Below are positions 8,981 through 17,382 of a stretch of DNA of 64,000 bases, piece after piece. The first letter of the stretch is position 1. Every line of letters begins with the position of its first letter. The translations under genes were made by a program, and so were the position numbers. The stretch lies in the NCBI GenBank assembly GCA_965204815.1, contig OZ242014.1, positions 1,512,532 to 1,576,531 of the forward strand, given 5' to 3'. Source of the stretch: Dehalococcoidia bacterium (lineage in GTDB: Bacteria; Chloroflexota; Dehalococcoidia; Lucifugimonadales; CATOSD01). The notes under the pieces are model-generated. The model saw nothing but the letters and a program-made list of their open reading frames with translations, did no database searches and was not told the DNA's origin.

Positions 8981-9019
8981 CTGCTCAAACGCGTGGTTCT
9001 GCATCAAGCGAGAACGTGT

Positions 9020-10330
9020 ATGAGCCGAACAGAGACCCAATCTGTCGAGCAACCCGACTCATGTGTCAGGTTCATTGACCTGTTTGCTGGTTGCGGTGGG
9101 CTGTCTCTTGGATTGATTGAGGCGGGCTGGACAGGACTGTTCGCCATCGAGAAGGATCCAGATGCCTTCAGGACGTTCAAGCACAACCTACTAGATAGGC
9201 CTGGATCGAGTTACGCTTGGCCCGAGTGGTTGCCTGCCACCGCGATGGAGATACAGACCTTTCTTGAGGAATTCCATGAGCACTTGGAAGGTCTAAAAGG
9301 TAATGTAGACTTGATAGTCGGAGGACCTCCCTGTCAAGGTTTTTCGTTTGCGGGCAGGCGTATGGAGAACGATCCCCGCAATCTTGCATTCAAGCACTTC
9401 GTTAGTTCGGTTGAGGTTATACAACCCTCCCTCGTGTTGATTGAAAATGTGCCCGGCATCAAGTCACGTTTTTCTGACAGCGAAGAGTCTAGGCCGTTCA
9501 CCACACTGATACGTGAATCCCTTGAAGAACAGTGCGGGTACACTGTATTTGACCATACCATCAGGGCAGTTGATTTCGGTGTAGCCCAACTCCGACCAAG
9601 ACATTTCATGGTAGGAGTAAAGGGGCGCATCGCCGAGAACCAAGGCATAGAGTTACCTAATCCCTTTGAACTGTTAGAAAAGGGGAGACGCGGTTTTCTT
9701 CACGCGAAGGGCATGAGTGCAGATCGCAAAGTCTCAGTTGAAGAAGCCATATCAGACCTTGAGGTTGGTGACAGTGCAAATGACTTGGTAGATTGCCCTG
9801 ACACTCCTGGCTTTAAGCAGATAAAGTACGGCGCTCCCCAAACGAACTACCAAAGGATGCTCCATCGCGGCTTAGTCGGCGTTTCCCCCAATAGCCTCAG
9901 ACTGGCAAGACATCGACACGAAACGGTAAGCCGGTTCGCTAAGCTAATCGAGACGTGTCGAAAGGGCGTGAACCTGTCCTCGGAGGAAAGGGCTCGGTTT
10001 GATATTCGCAAATCCTCAATAAAGATACTGGATAAGTCTATGCCTTCGCCAACTCTGACTACCCTCCCCGACGACATAATTCACTACTCCGAACCCCGTA
10101 TCCTTACCGTGAGGGAAAGCGCGAGAATCCAGTCTTTTCCAGACTGGTTTGAATTCAAGGGAAAGTACACTACAGGAGGGCACAGGCGTGCTCAGGAGTG
10201 CCCTAGATACACTCAGGTCGCTAATGCCGTACCACCCTTGGTGGCTGAGGCACTCGGCGATACCCTGAAGACGTTGTTAAAGTGCCTTATGGCCGATAGT
10301 TCCAGCGCTGTCAGATGCCAGACATGTTGA
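9020..10330 (+). CDS. DNA (cytosine-5)-methyltransferase
   Basis: Motif I FIDLFAGCGGLSLG, motif IV GGPPCQGFSFAGRR, motif VI ENVPG, motif IX RESARIQSFPDWFEF, motif X ANAVPP. An alternative start at 8993 is possible. Confidence 0.9.
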   Translation: MSRTETQSVEQPDSCVRFIDLFAGCGGLSLGLIEAGWTGLFAIEKDPDAFRTFKHNLLDRPGSSYAWPEWLPATAMEIQTFLEEFHEHLEGLKGNVDLIVGGPPCQGFSFAGRRMENDPRNLAFKHFVSSVEVIQPSLVLIENVPGIKSRFSDSEESRPFTTLIRESLEEQCGYTVFDHTIRAVDFGVAQLRPRHFMVGVKGRIAENQGIELPNPFELLEKGRRGFLHAKGMSADRKVSVEEAISDLEVGDSANDLVDCPDTPGFKQIKYGAPQTNYQRMLHRGLVGVSPNSLRLARHRHETVSRFAKLIETCRKGVNLSSEERARFDIRKSSIKILDKSMPSPTLTTLPDDIIHYSEPRILTVRESARIQSFPDWFEFKGKYTTGGHRRAQECPRYTQVANAVPPLVAEALGDTLKTLLKCLMADSSSAVRCQTC

Positions 10331-10983
10331 CGCTGACACATCAAAGGCTCGAAGAGTTCCGAGGTGCTTTGCTGCCGTGGTTCAAGGAGTACGGGCGGCA
10401 GTTCCATTGGCGGGATCACCATGTTTCCACCTACGAGTTGATCGTCTCGGAGCTTCTCCTTCAACGAACCCAGGCGGACACAGTGAATCGGTTTCTGAGT
10501 ACATTTCTATGTCGATTCCCTTCATGGAGTGAGCTTGCCGAGGAATCCGAAGAATCCTTGGCTTTGTTCCTCAAACCACTTGGCCTATGGAGGCGGCGGG
10601 CGACGACGCTCCACCGTCTGGCTATTGAACTTAAGAAGAGAGACGGGAAATTTCCCGAAGACCGAGTCACCATTGAGTCATTGCCCGGCGTCGGCCAGTA
10701 CATAGCTAACGCAGTTGAGATGTTCTGCCATAGTCGAGCCCGTCCGCTCCTCGACTCAAACATGGCTAGGGTGTTGGAACGCTACTTTGGGCCGAGGAAA
10801 CTGGCTGACATTCGATACGATCCCTACCTGCAATCGTTGGCTGCCAGAGTTGTGAAAGCCACTGATCCGGTTCGTATCAACTGGGCAATCTTGGACTTAG
10901 CTGCCCTAGTGTGCCTGTCTAAGTTGCCAAGTTGCCACGAATGTCCTTTGTCAAAGGCATGCACGTTCGCGCAAGCGGCTTGA
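10315..10983 (+). CDS. HhH-GPD DNA glycosylase, MutY/Mig-like with a 4Fe-4S loop and no MutY C-terminal domain; predicted T:G mismatch repair partner of the m5C MTase
   Basis: YELIVSELLLQRTQ (MutY catalytic Glu context), LPGVGQYIANAV hairpin-helix, LLDSNMARVL (catalytic Asp context), and C-x6-C-x2-C-x5-C (CLSKLPSCHECPLSKAC). 222 aa. Overlaps the MTase stop. Confidence 0.8.
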   Translation: MPDMLTLTHQRLEEFRGALLPWFKEYGRQFHWRDHHVSTYELIVSELLLQRTQADTVNRFLSTFLCRFPSWSELAEESEESLALFLKPLGLWRRRATTLHRLAIELKKRDGKFPEDRVTIESLPGVGQYIANAVEMFCHSRARPLLDSNMARVLERYFGPRKLADIRYDPYLQSLAARVVKATDPVRINWAILDLAALVCLSKLPSCHECPLSKACTFAQAA

Positions 10984-11019
10984 GCGGCAATGAACTCGGT
11001 TGCGAAAAGGAGAGAGTGA

Positions 11020-13320
11020 ATGAGCGAGCGAATCGCGGACATAACGCCGTCGCCCAGAATCCTCAGGATGCTAGGGAGGATAGACTTCCACCAGTGGCAG
11101 TGCCTAGCGGAGCTCATAGACAACGCTGTAGATGCGTTTCTAGTTGGACGAGAATCCGGGCATGGCACCATGTTTCCGCAAGTGAACGTAGAAATCTCTA
11201 GCAATGCTGAAATCTTGCAAGGGATAGGGACTATACGGGTTACAGATAATGCCCCTGGCATGGCATTGGATAAGTTGGAAAGCGCGGTCAGGGCTGGATT
11301 CTCAGGAAACAACTCAGTAGACAAGCTTGGCCTGTTCGGGATGGGTTTCAACGTCGCGACGGCAAGGCTCGGAGCCTGCACAGAGGTGTGGTCCACTAGA
11401 GTTGAAGATGAAGTGTGGAGTGGGGTGCGTATTGATTTTGATGAACTCGAAGAGTCAGGATCATTCGCAACACCATTTCTCCAACGTCCCAAGGCGCCAT
11501 TTGAGCAGCGCAGACATGGAACCGAAATCATAATCTCAAAGCTAGATGTTGAACGCGTCAGATACCTAAGAACCCCTGGAGGACTAAGGGCGACCAGGGA
11601 AAAACTCAGCAGGATTTACAACAAGATTATGAGAGAGGTTGGACTGCGGGTGTTAGTGGCAGACCAACCACTTGCTACGCGGGACTTCTGCGTCTGGGAT
11701 GAGGGCAGGACTGTGCCAAATTCCCGTTTTGGCCGTGTTCCGGCCCGTTTGCCAATTCATCAGGACTTTGGAAACCGGAATTATTGTGAAGACTGCTGGG
11801 TGTGGCTTCTCGAGGCCGAAGAGACGTGTCCTGCATGCAACAGCAGCAGAAACCTCCGTATGCGCAACAGGCAGGTTACTGGATGGATAGGGATACAGAG
11901 ATTCTTCGATCTGGAGGACTATGGAATTGACCTGATCCGAAACGGCAGGATTATCGAGGAACGCACGAAGCACTTCTTTTCGTGGGAGACTCCAGATGGC
12001 GATAGATTGCCTGAGTATCCAATAGAGCAACAGCATTGGGGTGGACGTATAGTCGGTGAACTGAGCATTGACTTTGTGCCACTGGAAGGACACCACAAGG
12101 ATGCATTTGATCACAATACGCAAGAGTGGCGGATGGTATTGGCAGCCGTCCGCGGTCGGGGGCCTATTCTGCCGAACATTAGGAAAGATCGCTTCGGGTA
12201 TGATGACGAGAATGACTCCCCCTTGGCGAGACTTCACTCTGCATACAGGCGAGGTTCGCCTTGCGGCTTAAACACGTTGGTGCCGGGAAACAGTGCTGGA
12301 AAGGGTATCAACACCGAACCTCAGCGGTGGGCAACCCTCTTCTGGGAAGGTAAACCTGATTACCAGTCGGACAAGATATGGCATGACGCAGTTCTCTTTG
12401 GTGAAGAGGCAAGAAACAAGAACAAGGGCAAGAAGCCAAGAGATGACAGGGAAGGAAACGACCTGTTCGACGAACCCGACGAACCAGGTGAAGAAGAGAC
12501 CAAGGAATCACCAAGCACGGATGTGGAACATGAACGTGATCCATTCCTTTCATTTGAGGCAGATCTTCCTGAGATGAGCGGCAGCCCAAGGCTGCGCGTG
12601 CAAACGGAGAGGCTAGTTCGGGGTTCGTTAAGTCAGGGATTGCATCTAGAACTCGCGCCAGTGGGTAACAACTTGACGGTCATTTACGATCCTAACCATG
12701 AGATTTTCACGAAGACTCTCGCTGATCCTCTTGGTTGCGTGTTGGAAGAGTTAGGATATCAATTCCTACAGCGAAGTGGCCAAACACAGGTCAACTGGCC
12801 TATATCTCGGATTGTTCATGAGTTAAGGAAGCGTCACTTCGCTTCGTCATTAGACAGCGTAGAAGAGGTGCGGGCGGAGTCCATAGGGCTGCTGAACGAC
12901 CTCATCGAATGGTACGTAGAAGGACTAATGAGTCTCTCCCCATTGCCTGACGATGAAGTGGATGACGAAGAGCGCGCGCGCGTGGTCCAAGGTGTCGTCC
13001 GCATGGACAGGGCTGGTCTGGAAAGAGCAGCTGAAGTCATTCGAACAGGGCTCTACCCGAAGTACATCGGGCATCAGGTTTTGCCAGCTCTTGTACAGCG
13101 GCGGCCCGAATTGGTGCTTGATGGAAAATTCTTCAGTGTTTCATTCACGGATGTCCCTGAGGAGTTGAGGGCACAAGTTGTTGAGCGAGTTACTACGCCC
13201 ATCCGAGATCTACTTTGGATTGCAGAAACTGACGATGCTGGTGGGTCTGGGAATGAGTGGCGCAACATGCTGGCCCGTGCCGCTGCCAGCTTGCGGCTTC
13301 TGTCAGCTTGGAGGTGCTGA
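11020..13320 (+). CDS. GHKL-superfamily ATPase (HATPase_c_3 / MORC-MutL-like) with internal zinc ribbon and acidic linker
   Basis: N-box ELIDNAVDAF, G1 box VTDNAPGM, G2 box GLFGMGFNVA. Zinc ribbon CEDCWVWLLEAEETCPACN. Acidic tract DLFDEPDEPGEEE. Confidence 0.8.
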   Translation: MSERIADITPSPRILRMLGRIDFHQWQCLAELIDNAVDAFLVGRESGHGTMFPQVNVEISSNAEILQGIGTIRVTDNAPGMALDKLESAVRAGFSGNNSVDKLGLFGMGFNVATARLGACTEVWSTRVEDEVWSGVRIDFDELEESGSFATPFLQRPKAPFEQRRHGTEIIISKLDVERVRYLRTPGGLRATREKLSRIYNKIMREVGLRVLVADQPLATRDFCVWDEGRTVPNSRFGRVPARLPIHQDFGNRNYCEDCWVWLLEAEETCPACNSSRNLRMRNRQVTGWIGIQRFFDLEDYGIDLIRNGRIIEERTKHFFSWETPDGDRLPEYPIEQQHWGGRIVGELSIDFVPLEGHHKDAFDHNTQEWRMVLAAVRGRGPILPNIRKDRFGYDDENDSPLARLHSAYRRGSPCGLNTLVPGNSAGKGINTEPQRWATLFWEGKPDYQSDKIWHDAVLFGEEARNKNKGKKPRDDREGNDLFDEPDEPGEEETKESPSTDVEHERDPFLSFEADLPEMSGSPRLRVQTERLVRGSLSQGLHLELAPVGNNLTVIYDPNHEIFTKTLADPLGCVLEELGYQFLQRSGQTQVNWPISRIVHELRKRHFASSLDSVEEVRAESIGLLNDLIEWYVEGLMSLSPLPDDEVDDEERARVVQGVVRMDRAGLERAAEVIRTGLYPKYIGHQVLPALVQRRPELVLDGKFFSVSFTDVPEELRAQVVERVTTPIRDLLWIAETDDAGGSGNEWRNMLARAAASLRLLSAWRC

Positions 13321-14991
13321 ATGCCGGGGTTCCTCGGAATTGAGCGATTGAGCCTCGGTCCTTGGCAAGCCTTCGAAAGGGCTGTACAGAGGTTGCTAGT
13401 ACATGCTGGGTTCGACGATGTGTTACTTGTGGGCGGAACTGGCGACGGTGGGGCCGATATCACTGCCAACCGCAACAGCCGAACCTTGGTAGTACAGGCA
13501 AAATTTAGATCCAGAGGTACATTACTAGGCACGGACCCCGTGCAGGAGGTGGCGATCGGTGCGGGGAAGTACGATGCACAGATTGCTGTAGTGGCCACAA
13601 ACACTGGATTCACAGAAGCTGCAATTGAACGTGCCGAAGAGTTGGAGTTAGACCTCGGCGTGAAGTTCTTGCTTTGGAACCGTGATTTTCTGTCAATGCG
13701 CTTTCGGCGGTTGGCTCCCTACTCGTCGGAACGGAAGGACCTGCGACCTTACCAAGAAGCCGCGGTGGAGAGAGTCAATTCCAAAATCATGCACGGTGCA
13801 GACAGGGGTCTACTCTTGATGGCGACCGGGCTTGGAAAGACGAGGGTTGCTGCGGGCGTGATTGAACAATGGATTGAAGACCGCCCAAGTGATGAAGTCC
13901 TGGTGTTGTCACCTTCGCGCAGCCTCGTTCCGCAGCTTGAGTCCGAACTTTGGCCTTACCTTCCGAAGTCCGTTGCAACACATGTTCTCACAGGATCCGA
14001 AAAGCCCAGCTTTGAAGGGGGGGTTACCGTTGCAACTGAGCAATCGATGCTTCAACAGTTACCTGATGCTCACGGCCGTTTCGGTCTGGTAATCGTAGAC
14101 GAAGCTCATCACGCGCCTGCCGATGGCTACCGCCGCCTTATTGGGGAACTGGCGCCCAAGTTCCTTTTCGGCATGACTGCAACGCCGTGGAGAAGTGACC
14201 ATCAAAATCTCGAGGAGATTTTCGGCGGACCTACTTACACTGCCAGTATCGTGGATGGTATGCAGCTAGGCTATCTTTCAAAGGTCGACTACCGGATGCT
14301 TGTAGATGACATTAACTGGGACTGGGTAAGAAGCGAATTGGGCGATGGGATCTCAGTTAAGGAACTCAATCGCAAACTGTTTATACCGGAGAGAGATGAA
14401 GCAACGGTTATGAAGATACGCCGGCACTTGGAAGCGGTTCTTGACCCCCGTGCTCTTGTGTTTTGCCGATCCATTTTGCATGCGGAGAGAATCCGGAATC
14501 TCCTCCAAGCGGAGGGTTTGTCAGCGAAGGTCCTACACAGTAAACTGGGTCGCTTCGAATCGGCTGCAACACTGAGGGCGTTTCGTTCAGGTGAAATTCC
14601 AATTCTGGTGACCGTCGACATGGTTAACGAAGGCATTGATATCCCAGACGTCAATCTGATCGTATTCCTCCGGGTGACGCATTCTAGGCGCATCTTTCTT
14701 CAGCAGCTTGGACGAGGGCTTAGGATAACAGAGAGCAAAGACATCGTCCGTGTACTTGATTTTGTGTCGGATGTACGAAGGATTGCTGAAGGTATGCGAA
14801 TCAATCGCGATGCCCTGTCACTGGCAACGAATTCAGACTCCGAGCTGGTTGTATACCCCACGGGCGAAGTCGTGAGTTTTGAGGGTGACAAGAGTCTGGA
14901 TTTCTTTCGAGAGTATCTGGCTGATGTTGCTGAGTTAGAAGAAGGAAACGATGACTCAAAGCTGAAGTTCCCTGCTGTCAGGCGAGCGTAG
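13321..14991 (+). CDS. Mrr-like PD-(D/E)xK restriction endonuclease domain fused to an SF2 DEAH helicase (ResIII + Helicase_C)
   Basis: N-terminus FERAVQRLLVHAGFDDV..GDGGADI..LVVQAKFRS (Mrr_cat pattern). Walker A MATGLGKTRV, VIVDEAHHAP, GMTATPWRSD, and C-terminal QQLGRGLR. The ATG abuts the upstream TGA (TGAATG). Confidence 0.85.
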   Translation: MPGFLGIERLSLGPWQAFERAVQRLLVHAGFDDVLLVGGTGDGGADITANRNSRTLVVQAKFRSRGTLLGTDPVQEVAIGAGKYDAQIAVVATNTGFTEAAIERAEELELDLGVKFLLWNRDFLSMRFRRLAPYSSERKDLRPYQEAAVERVNSKIMHGADRGLLLMATGLGKTRVAAGVIEQWIEDRPSDEVLVLSPSRSLVPQLESELWPYLPKSVATHVLTGSEKPSFEGGVTVATEQSMLQQLPDAHGRFGLVIVDEAHHAPADGYRRLIGELAPKFLFGMTATPWRSDHQNLEEIFGGPTYTASIVDGMQLGYLSKVDYRMLVDDINWDWVRSELGDGISVKELNRKLFIPERDEATVMKIRRHLEAVLDPRALVFCRSILHAERIRNLLQAEGLSAKVLHSKLGRFESAATLRAFRSGEIPILVTVDMVNEGIDIPDVNLIVFLRVTHSRRIFLQQLGRGLRITESKDIVRVLDFVSDVRRIAEGMRINRDALSLATNSDSELVVYPTGEVVSFEGDKSLDFFREYLADVAELEEGNDDSKLKFPAVRRA

Positions 14992-15046
14992 TTGCCTTGC
15001 GAGCCGTCATGTTTCTCCAGATGCCGTTGAAGTTTGCAGAGATAAC

Positions 15047-16531
15047 ATGGTGATCCATGTAAGAATACCTTCATGGACGCCTTGCAAGGTTGACCCAGTC
15101 TCATTCGATTGTAGCGAGTGCGAGATTGGCTGGTCCTCATGCCGACTAAAGACTGACGATAGCCTACGCCATTACTTTGCATCACTGAGCAGACGTCGGA
15201 ATGGAGTCTCCCCAACGTCCTATGGATTCGAGGTCTGGGTTGAGGAACTTGTAGCCAGTTTTCTCGAAACCCACGGATTGAGTGTTACTGCCCAGATCTT
15301 GCTCGAATATCTAGCACCAGAAATTCCACCGGATGTGTCAGAAGCGAAATTGCGCCACATCTTGATGCAGTCTTCGCGCTTCGTGGAAACGTCGCCAGGC
15401 ATGTTTAATCTGGCACCTGGCCGAATCCGGAGTGGGAGTGAGCTACCTGGCCTCACACCTTCTTCGGGGACACTACTAGAGGATTTGCTTTCTCGGGCCA
15501 ACTTGCTCGCCAGAGACGAGCAGTTGGTTAAGTTCAAAAGGCTAGCTGGGTACAGGTTCTTCATTACTCATCATCCCAGAACAAGAGAGATTGCTGCCAA
15601 GACAATTCGGGAGCTGTCGGACTGGGCACTTAACCACCGTGGCTGGAGTGAGTTCGACATCTATAAGTTCGCAGTGGGTCCAGACGGTGTCGCTCAGGCA
15701 GCAAACGATATGCATGATATTGCTTCAGAGGACGACCTTGACAGGACGCATAGATTGTTATCTGCCTTATCGGCGACCGAGTGGGGCGACTTTGGCTCGA
15801 TTGATTCGACTAGAGAAGCCTTCCGCGAATTGAGGGATGAACTGATACTTGCTAATCTCAAGCTAGTATCGTCTCAAGCCATACGATGGGCAAGGGGTCA
15901 GTTCCCAAACTACGCCGATCTCTTTCAGGAGGGGTTTTTTGGACTGACTATAGCAATCGATAGATTCGATCCCTATCGTGGAAACCAATTCTCTACGTAT
16001 GCGACTCCTTGGATCAGGCAGAGGATCACAAGGTCCGTTGCTAACTTCGAGCGCACGATTCGCATTCCCGTTCACTTGCACGATCGCATCAGCGATTTTC
16101 GTCATGCGCTTGACGAACATTATAGGGAACTTGGACACAAGCCTACAGTGAGCGAATTGTCGGCAAGGCTGGGGTGGAACACTGCAGAAGTTGCATTCGC
16201 CCTGAGTAATTTCCAGGAAGTTGATTCACTTGATAGCTTACTGGATGACCCCAGCCGCTCATTTGATGGTGATGCTGCATTCCATGTGAATCCCACTGAG
16301 ATGATCGTTGAGCAGATCGCTACAGAGGATGTTGAGAAAGTCCTGAATGCACTGAATGACAGGGAGGCCAAAATCCTAAGGCTAAGATTTGGACTAGGAG
16401 AAGACGGATACCCCCACACCCTCGAAGAGATAGGCAAAATATATGGGGTTACTCGTGAAAGAATCAGGCAGATTGAGAGCAAGGCAAAGAAGAAAATCTT
16501 GCGGAAGTATCAGTACCGTCACTTCATCTAA
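15047..16531 (+). CDS. Sigma-70 family sigma factor (regions 2, 3, 4; RpoD-like) with a roughly 270-aa N-terminal extension of unknown function
   Basis: Region 2 DLFQEGFFGLTIAIDRFDPYRGNQFSTYATPWIRQRITRSV, region 3 RTIRIPVHL, region 4 TLEEIGKIYGVTRERIRQIESKAKKKIL. Confidence 0.8.
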   Translation: MVIHVRIPSWTPCKVDPVSFDCSECEIGWSSCRLKTDDSLRHYFASLSRRRNGVSPTSYGFEVWVEELVASFLETHGLSVTAQILLEYLAPEIPPDVSEAKLRHILMQSSRFVETSPGMFNLAPGRIRSGSELPGLTPSSGTLLEDLLSRANLLARDEQLVKFKRLAGYRFFITHHPRTREIAAKTIRELSDWALNHRGWSEFDIYKFAVGPDGVAQAANDMHDIASEDDLDRTHRLLSALSATEWGDFGSIDSTREAFRELRDELILANLKLVSSQAIRWARGQFPNYADLFQEGFFGLTIAIDRFDPYRGNQFSTYATPWIRQRITRSVANFERTIRIPVHLHDRISDFRHALDEHYRELGHKPTVSELSARLGWNTAEVAFALSNFQEVDSLDSLLDDPSRSFDGDAAFHVNPTEMIVEQIATEDVEKVLNALNDREAKILRLRFGLGEDGYPHTLEEIGKIYGVTRERIRQIESKAKKKILRKYQYRHFI

Positions 16532-16573
16532 GCCGCCAGTGCCGCAGCTCACTTGCAGAGTGACGCGGCGCCG

Positions 16574-16603
16574 TTGACCGCCGCAACCCACAGGCGATAG
16601 AAT
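16574..16603 (+). promoter_or_regulatory. Candidate promoter for the PHP/acyl-CoA synthetase genes
   Basis: TTGACC (16574-16579), 18-nt spacer, TAGAAT (16598-16603). The same TAGAAT -10 recurs upstream of other backbone genes (34434 region, 59810). Confidence 0.35.
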
Positions 16604-16641
16604 CACCCCGAACCGGCTACTCTGAACAGGGGCGCACCTAC

Positions 16642-17343
16642 TTGCCGATATTCGACCTGCACGTTCACACCGTAAGGGGCAGCAGCGACAGCAGTCTTAC
16701 ACCGGAACAACTGATTTCGGAGGCGCGGAGAATCGGCCTGGATGGGGTGTGCCTGTCCGAGCACGGCGGCGGCTGGGACGACCACGAGGTGCGGCGCGTG
16801 TTCGAGGACTCGGGCCTCACGGTCGTGAGGGGGCTCGAGGTCGACACGGAGATGGGCCACGTGCTGGTATTCGGGATGCACTCCTACGTCGGCGGCATGC
16901 ACCGGGTGAAGGACCTGCGGCACGCTGCCGACCGTGCGGGCGGCTTCCTGGTATCCGCCCACCCCTTTCGTAACCTGTTCAACAACCCGCCATACAATCT
17001 GAACCTGCTGTTTCGGGGCAAGAATGGACGCCCAAGCACGCCCGAACAGGCCGCTCGACATCCGCTGTTTGGTCTGGCAGATGACATCGAGGTCGGCAAC
17101 GGCGCGAACACCGAGCGTGAGAACCTGTTCGCCCTTGAAGTCGCACACATGCTCGGATTCGAGGGGACGGGCGGCAGCGACGCCCACTCGACGCATGGGC
17201 TGGGCAAGTTCGCCACGCAGTTCGATGGCGACATCCGGTCGGAGTCCGATTTCGTGGAGGCGCTCAGGGCGGGCGGGTACAGAGCGGTGCAGGGGCTGCA
17301 CGTGGGCGAGCCACGGGCGTTCGGACTGAATCCCGTCGCGTGA
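16642..17343 (+). CDS. PHP-domain metal-dependent phosphoesterase (paralog of 2908-3771)
   Basis: PIFDLHVHTVRGSSDS and GTGGSDAHS motifs; TTG start per the track. Confidence 0.75.
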   Translation: MPIFDLHVHTVRGSSDSSLTPEQLISEARRIGLDGVCLSEHGGGWDDHEVRRVFEDSGLTVVRGLEVDTEMGHVLVFGMHSYVGGMHRVKDLRHAADRAGGFLVSAHPFRNLFNNPPYNLNLLFRGKNGRPSTPEQAARHPLFGLADDIEVGNGANTERENLFALEVAHMLGFEGTGGSDAHSTHGLGKFATQFDGDIRSESDFVEALRAGGYRAVQGLHVGEPRAFGLNPVA

Positions 17344-17382
17344 TCCAAGGGCAAAAGGTGTAACAGGGTCTGGAGAGCTAAC

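Noticed and set aside
8434-8988. 184-aa ORF (minus strand) with HPFSxVS-like heptad repeats; a similar peptide appears at the tail of ORF 27685-28374
   Set aside because: Comparing the two repeat copies codon by codon shows mostly non-synonymous or whole-codon changes and little synonymous bias. The ORFs span hairpin and REP-like elements and have no RBS. They are best explained as open frames across a GC-rich non-coding repeat.
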